From Ignavibacteriales bacterium (GTDB taxonomy: Bacteria > Bacteroidota > Ignavibacteria > T3Sed10-11), in assembly GCA_003568415.1 (NCBI GenBank), contig PWXV01000155.1, positions 17,114 to 81,113 of the forward strand: a stretch of DNA of 64,000 nt, written 5' to 3'. Below the pieces are notes generated by a model. It ran no database searches. It saw nothing but the letters and a program-made list of their open reading frames with translations, and was not told the DNA's origin. A program made the position numbers and the translations under genes. Shown here one piece after another: positions 61,229 to 64,000 of the stretch. Position 1 is the first letter of the stretch. Every line of letters begins with the position of its first letter.

Positions 61229-62321
61229 CTATATGTTTGCGGCGGATGTAATCGACCACTTCTTTCACATCTTGTGATTCCCCCCGTTTACACACAAGTA
61301 TGGCATCATCGGTTTCTACAATTATTAAGTCATCAACTCCGTGCGTTGCGATTACCCGGTTATTTGCAAGGAGTAAATTATTTTTACTGTTTCGTGCAAT
61401 AACACGCCCGTGCGATGCATTGCCATGTTCATCTTTACTGCTCACGCGATAGACTTCATCCCACGAGCCGACATCACTCCATCCGAACTCTCCGCATAGA
61501 ACATAGACATTCTCTGTCTTTTCCATCACGCCATAATCAATTGAAATACTCCGGATCATACGATATACTTGATTCAAAGTGCTGAAATATTTATTCTCAC
61601 CGATGGTACCTGAAAGATTTTGGAGCCCGTCGTATAATTCCGGTAATAGTTGATGTATTTCTTCAAGAATTGTATCTACTTTCCAGATAAACATGCCGCT
61701 GTTCCAGAGAAAATCTCCACTTTCAAGAAACCGTTCAGCCGTTGAAAGGTTTGGTTTTTCAGCGAATGTCTTGACCCGATAAGCTCCTTTTTCCGCATAG
61801 GGATTCTTTTTCACATTTTCTTCAATATACTGAATATAGCCGTATCCGGTTTCCGGTCGTGTGGGTTTAATACCAATGGTAACTAAACGCCCGGTATCAT
61901 TAGCAACTTCAATTGCATTTATCAATACCCGGGAAAATTCATCCATATCCTGAATAATGTGATCTGCGGGGACTATCACCATGGTAGCATCCGGATCACG
62001 ATGCTTGATATGAAGGGCGGCAAGCCCGATACATGGTGCGGTATTCCTGCCTATCGGTTCGGTGATTATATTATCTTCGGGAAGGTCAACCAATTGTTCA
62101 TTGATTGCCTGTTGCTGTACCTCATTGGTGACCACATAAATATTTTCCGGTTCGACGACCATACGAAGCCGGTTAAAGGTCATTTCGATCAGCGACTCAT
62201 TGCCGAAGATCGAAAGAAATTGTTTTGGCTTCCGTTCTCTGCTCAATGGCCAAAACCGGGCACCTACCCCGCCAGCCATGATAACTCCGTATGTTTTTCC
62301 CATAATATCTTCCTCGTTCAT
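61215..62321 (-). CDS. manC: Mannose-1-phosphate guanylyltransferase (nucleotidyltransferase family)
   Basis: GVIMAGGVGARFWPLSRERKPKQF N-terminal NTP-transferase motif. 368 aa, GMP-type length. Confidence 0.75.
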   Translation of the reverse strand: MNEEDIMGKTYGVIMAGGVGARFWPLSRERKPKQFLSIFGNESLIEMTFNRLRMVVEPENIYVVTNEVQQQAINEQLVDLPEDNIITEPIGRNTAPCIGLAALHIKHRDPDATMVIVPADHIIQDMDEFSRVLINAIEVANDTGRLVTIGIKPTRPETGYGYIQYIEENVKKNPYAEKGAYRVKTFAEKPNLSTAERFLESGDFLWNSGMFIWKVDTILEEIHQLLPELYDGLQNLSGTIGENKYFSTLNQVYRMIRSISIDYGVMEKTENVYVLCGEFGWSDVGSWDEVYRVSSKDEHGNASHGRVIARNSKNNLLLANNRVIATHGVDDLIIVETDDAILVCKRGESQDVKEVVDYIRRKHIDDLL

Positions 62322-62330
62322 AGTAGCATT

Positions 62331-63500
62331 TCAAAAATAATATCTCGGGACACGTGCCGATATACCACAAAACAGCTCGTACGGTATCGTTCCCATAAGA
62401 CGTGCTAATTCCCACGGTGTAATGGTTTCTGTGCCGTCGGTTCCAAGCAATGTTACATCATCACCGACGTGAATATCAGTCGCCTCATCAAGGTCTACCA
62501 TAATCTGATCCATCGTCACTGAACCAACCACGGGAAAACGACGTCCCTTAATGAGCACCTCACTCTTGTTCGATAACAACCGGCTATACCCATCACCATA
62601 ACCGATCGGAATTGTGCCGATTCGTGTTCGCTTTTTGCTCGTAAAAGTTCTACCGTAACTAATATCCACTCCCGACGGGATTTCCTTTATAAAAACTATT
62701 CTTGATTTTAACTGGAATGCCGTCTGAAGCTGCATCTTCGTGTTCATTTGCTCAGCCGGTGTTATCCCGTAAAGTGCAATACCGGGTCGGACCGTCGTAT
62801 AGTATGATTCAGGGGCATTGATAATTGCCCCGCTATTTGCAATGTGAATATGCTCTACTGTGATTCCTTTTGATTGTATTTTCCGGACCGCGGTATCAAA
62901 TCGCTCGAGCTGTTTGTACATGTATTCATTATCGTTACCGTCGGATGTTGCAAAATGACTGTATAAACCGACGAGATCGAGGTGTGGAAGCTTAACGATT
63001 TTTTCAGCAAGCAATGGCGCATTCTCCGGGCTGATACCAATTCGTCCCATACCGGTGTCAATCTTCAGATGTATACGAGCACTTCGACCGTTGGCTTCCA
63101 TCATCGCATTAATCGACTCTGCAAGCTCAAGAGACGACACTGTTACATCAAGATCATTCGTTATAAATAATTTTATTTGATATCCGAGCACACCACCAAG
63201 AACAAGTATCGGTATTTTAATGCCGACATTTCGCAAAATAATGCCTTCTTCAAGAAAGCCTACTCCGAGTGAATCAATCCCTGATGATTCAAGATATCTG
63301 GATATATCTGTTAACCCGTGTCCGTATGCGTTCGCTTTAACAATTCCCATCACTTTCGTACCGGCAGGGATTTGACGGCGAATTTGTTTTACATTACTGC
63401 CGATTTTTGAGAGGTCGATCTCAACACGGGTCGGACGTATAGTATTTAATTGATACGCTTCGAGTGGAGGGGTAAGAACCGAATGATCTATCAGGTTCAA
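62331..63500 (-). CDS. alr: Alanine racemase
   Basis: VMGIVKANAYGHG PLP-binding Lys motif. 389 aa. Confidence 0.85.
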   Translation of the reverse strand: MNLIDHSVLTPPLEAYQLNTIRPTRVEIDLSKIGSNVKQIRRQIPAGTKVMGIVKANAYGHGLTDISRYLESSGIDSLGVGFLEEGIILRNVGIKIPILVLGGVLGYQIKLFITNDLDVTVSSLELAESINAMMEANGRSARIHLKIDTGMGRIGISPENAPLLAEKIVKLPHLDLVGLYSHFATSDGNDNEYMYKQLERFDTAVRKIQSKGITVEHIHIANSGAIINAPESYYTTVRPGIALYGITPAEQMNTKMQLQTAFQLKSRIVFIKEIPSGVDISYGRTFTSKKRTRIGTIPIGYGDGYSRLLSNKSEVLIKGRRFPVVGSVTMDQIMVDLDEATDIHVGDDVTLLGTDGTETITPWELARLMGTIPYELFCGISARVPRYYF

Positions 63501-63529
63501 CGATATACCTCTCTAAAATTAATTAGTTA

Positions 63530-63961
63530 TCAAGATACGGTAGCAGTTTCAGTTGTGCGTTGTGCAACCTTCAAGCGATTATTTGCACGTTCAAGCGACC
63601 GTTTGGCTCGCGCCATATCAAGATCCGATGCTCTGCTTTTTATACGATCAAGAGCCCGTTTTTTTGATTCCCTGGCACGATCAATATCAATTTCATCAGC
63701 CCGTTCTGCCGCATCAAGCAATGCAAGCACTCGATTTTCACGAACTTCTACAAACCCACCGCTTGTGGCATAATATTTTGTACTTCCATCTTCATCGGTA
63801 AACTTAATCTCACCGACAACAAGTGAACTTAACAACGGGGCGTGATTGTACAATACCTGAAAGGCACCTAGTTCACCCGGTGAAGAAAAACTGCGCACCC
63901 GGCCTTTGTAAACAATCCGGTCGGGTGCGACCATATCAAGTTTGAATGTCTTCTCATCCAT
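63530..63961 (-). CDS. atpC: F0F1 ATP synthase epsilon subunit
   Basis: MDEKTFKLDMVAPDRIVYKGRVRSFSSPGELGAFQVLYNHAPLLSSL matches the epsilon N-terminal beta-sandwich. C-terminal helical hairpin. Start overlaps the atpD stop by 1 nt. Confidence 0.85.
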   Translation of the reverse strand: MDEKTFKLDMVAPDRIVYKGRVRSFSSPGELGAFQVLYNHAPLLSSLVVGEIKFTDEDGSTKYYATSGGFVEVRENRVLALLDAAERADEIDIDRARESKKRALDRIKSRASDLDMARAKRSLERANNRLKVAQRTTETATVS

Positions 63962-64000
63962 TATGCTGCCTGCATCTTTTTAGCTTTTTCGACTGCTTCA
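63961..64000 (-). CDS. atpD: F0F1 ATP synthase beta subunit, extreme C-terminus (partial, runs off window end)
   Basis: Reverse translation ...EAVEKAKKMQAA* matches the conserved beta-subunit C-terminal EEAVEKAKKL. Only 13 codons visible. Confidence 0.5.
   Translation of the reverse strand, partial: EAVEKAKKMQAA

Overview
Contig from an FCB-group (Bacteroidota-like) bacterium that uses Shine-Dalgarno sites; GC is roughly mid-40s by eye, and genes are densely packed, almost all on the minus strand. Housekeeping content: leuS (5' part), tRNA-Arg(CCG), def-fmt, a Bacteroidetes-type short primary sigma factor, purC/purS/purQ, ndk, sucD, gatA, tatA, pssA-psd, fbaB (class I aldolase), deoB, lptF/lptG, alr, atpC and the atpD 3' end. 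Accessory content: an RsbU-RsbV-RsbW-type partner-switching module with two PP2C phosphatases; two GAF-GGDEF proteins with degenerate A-sites but intact I-sites; a tyrosine phenol-lyase-like beta-eliminating lyase; an aromatic-amino-acid-decarboxylase-like PLP enzyme; and tandem NAPE-PLD-like MBL-fold hydrolase paralogs. There is a large type IX secretion / cell-surface block: SprA translocon, adjacent PorU (C25 peptidase with an intact His/Cys dyad) and PorV, a T9SS-CTD cargo protein, and a ~1050-aa mosaic protein combining HExxH, PD40 repeats and an Omp85-like C-terminus. The most unusual observations are (1) two tandem bacterial-microcompartment vertex (BMC-P, EutN/CcmL/PduN) genes between deoB (phosphopentomutase) and rpoD, with no BMC-H shell or aldehyde dehydrogenase gene in the window; (2) a DUF971 gene interrupted by a frameshift in an A9 homopolymer; and (3) a translationally coupled zinc-ribbon/membrane gene pair downstream of fbaB. 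No CRISPR array, transposase or integrase was seen.
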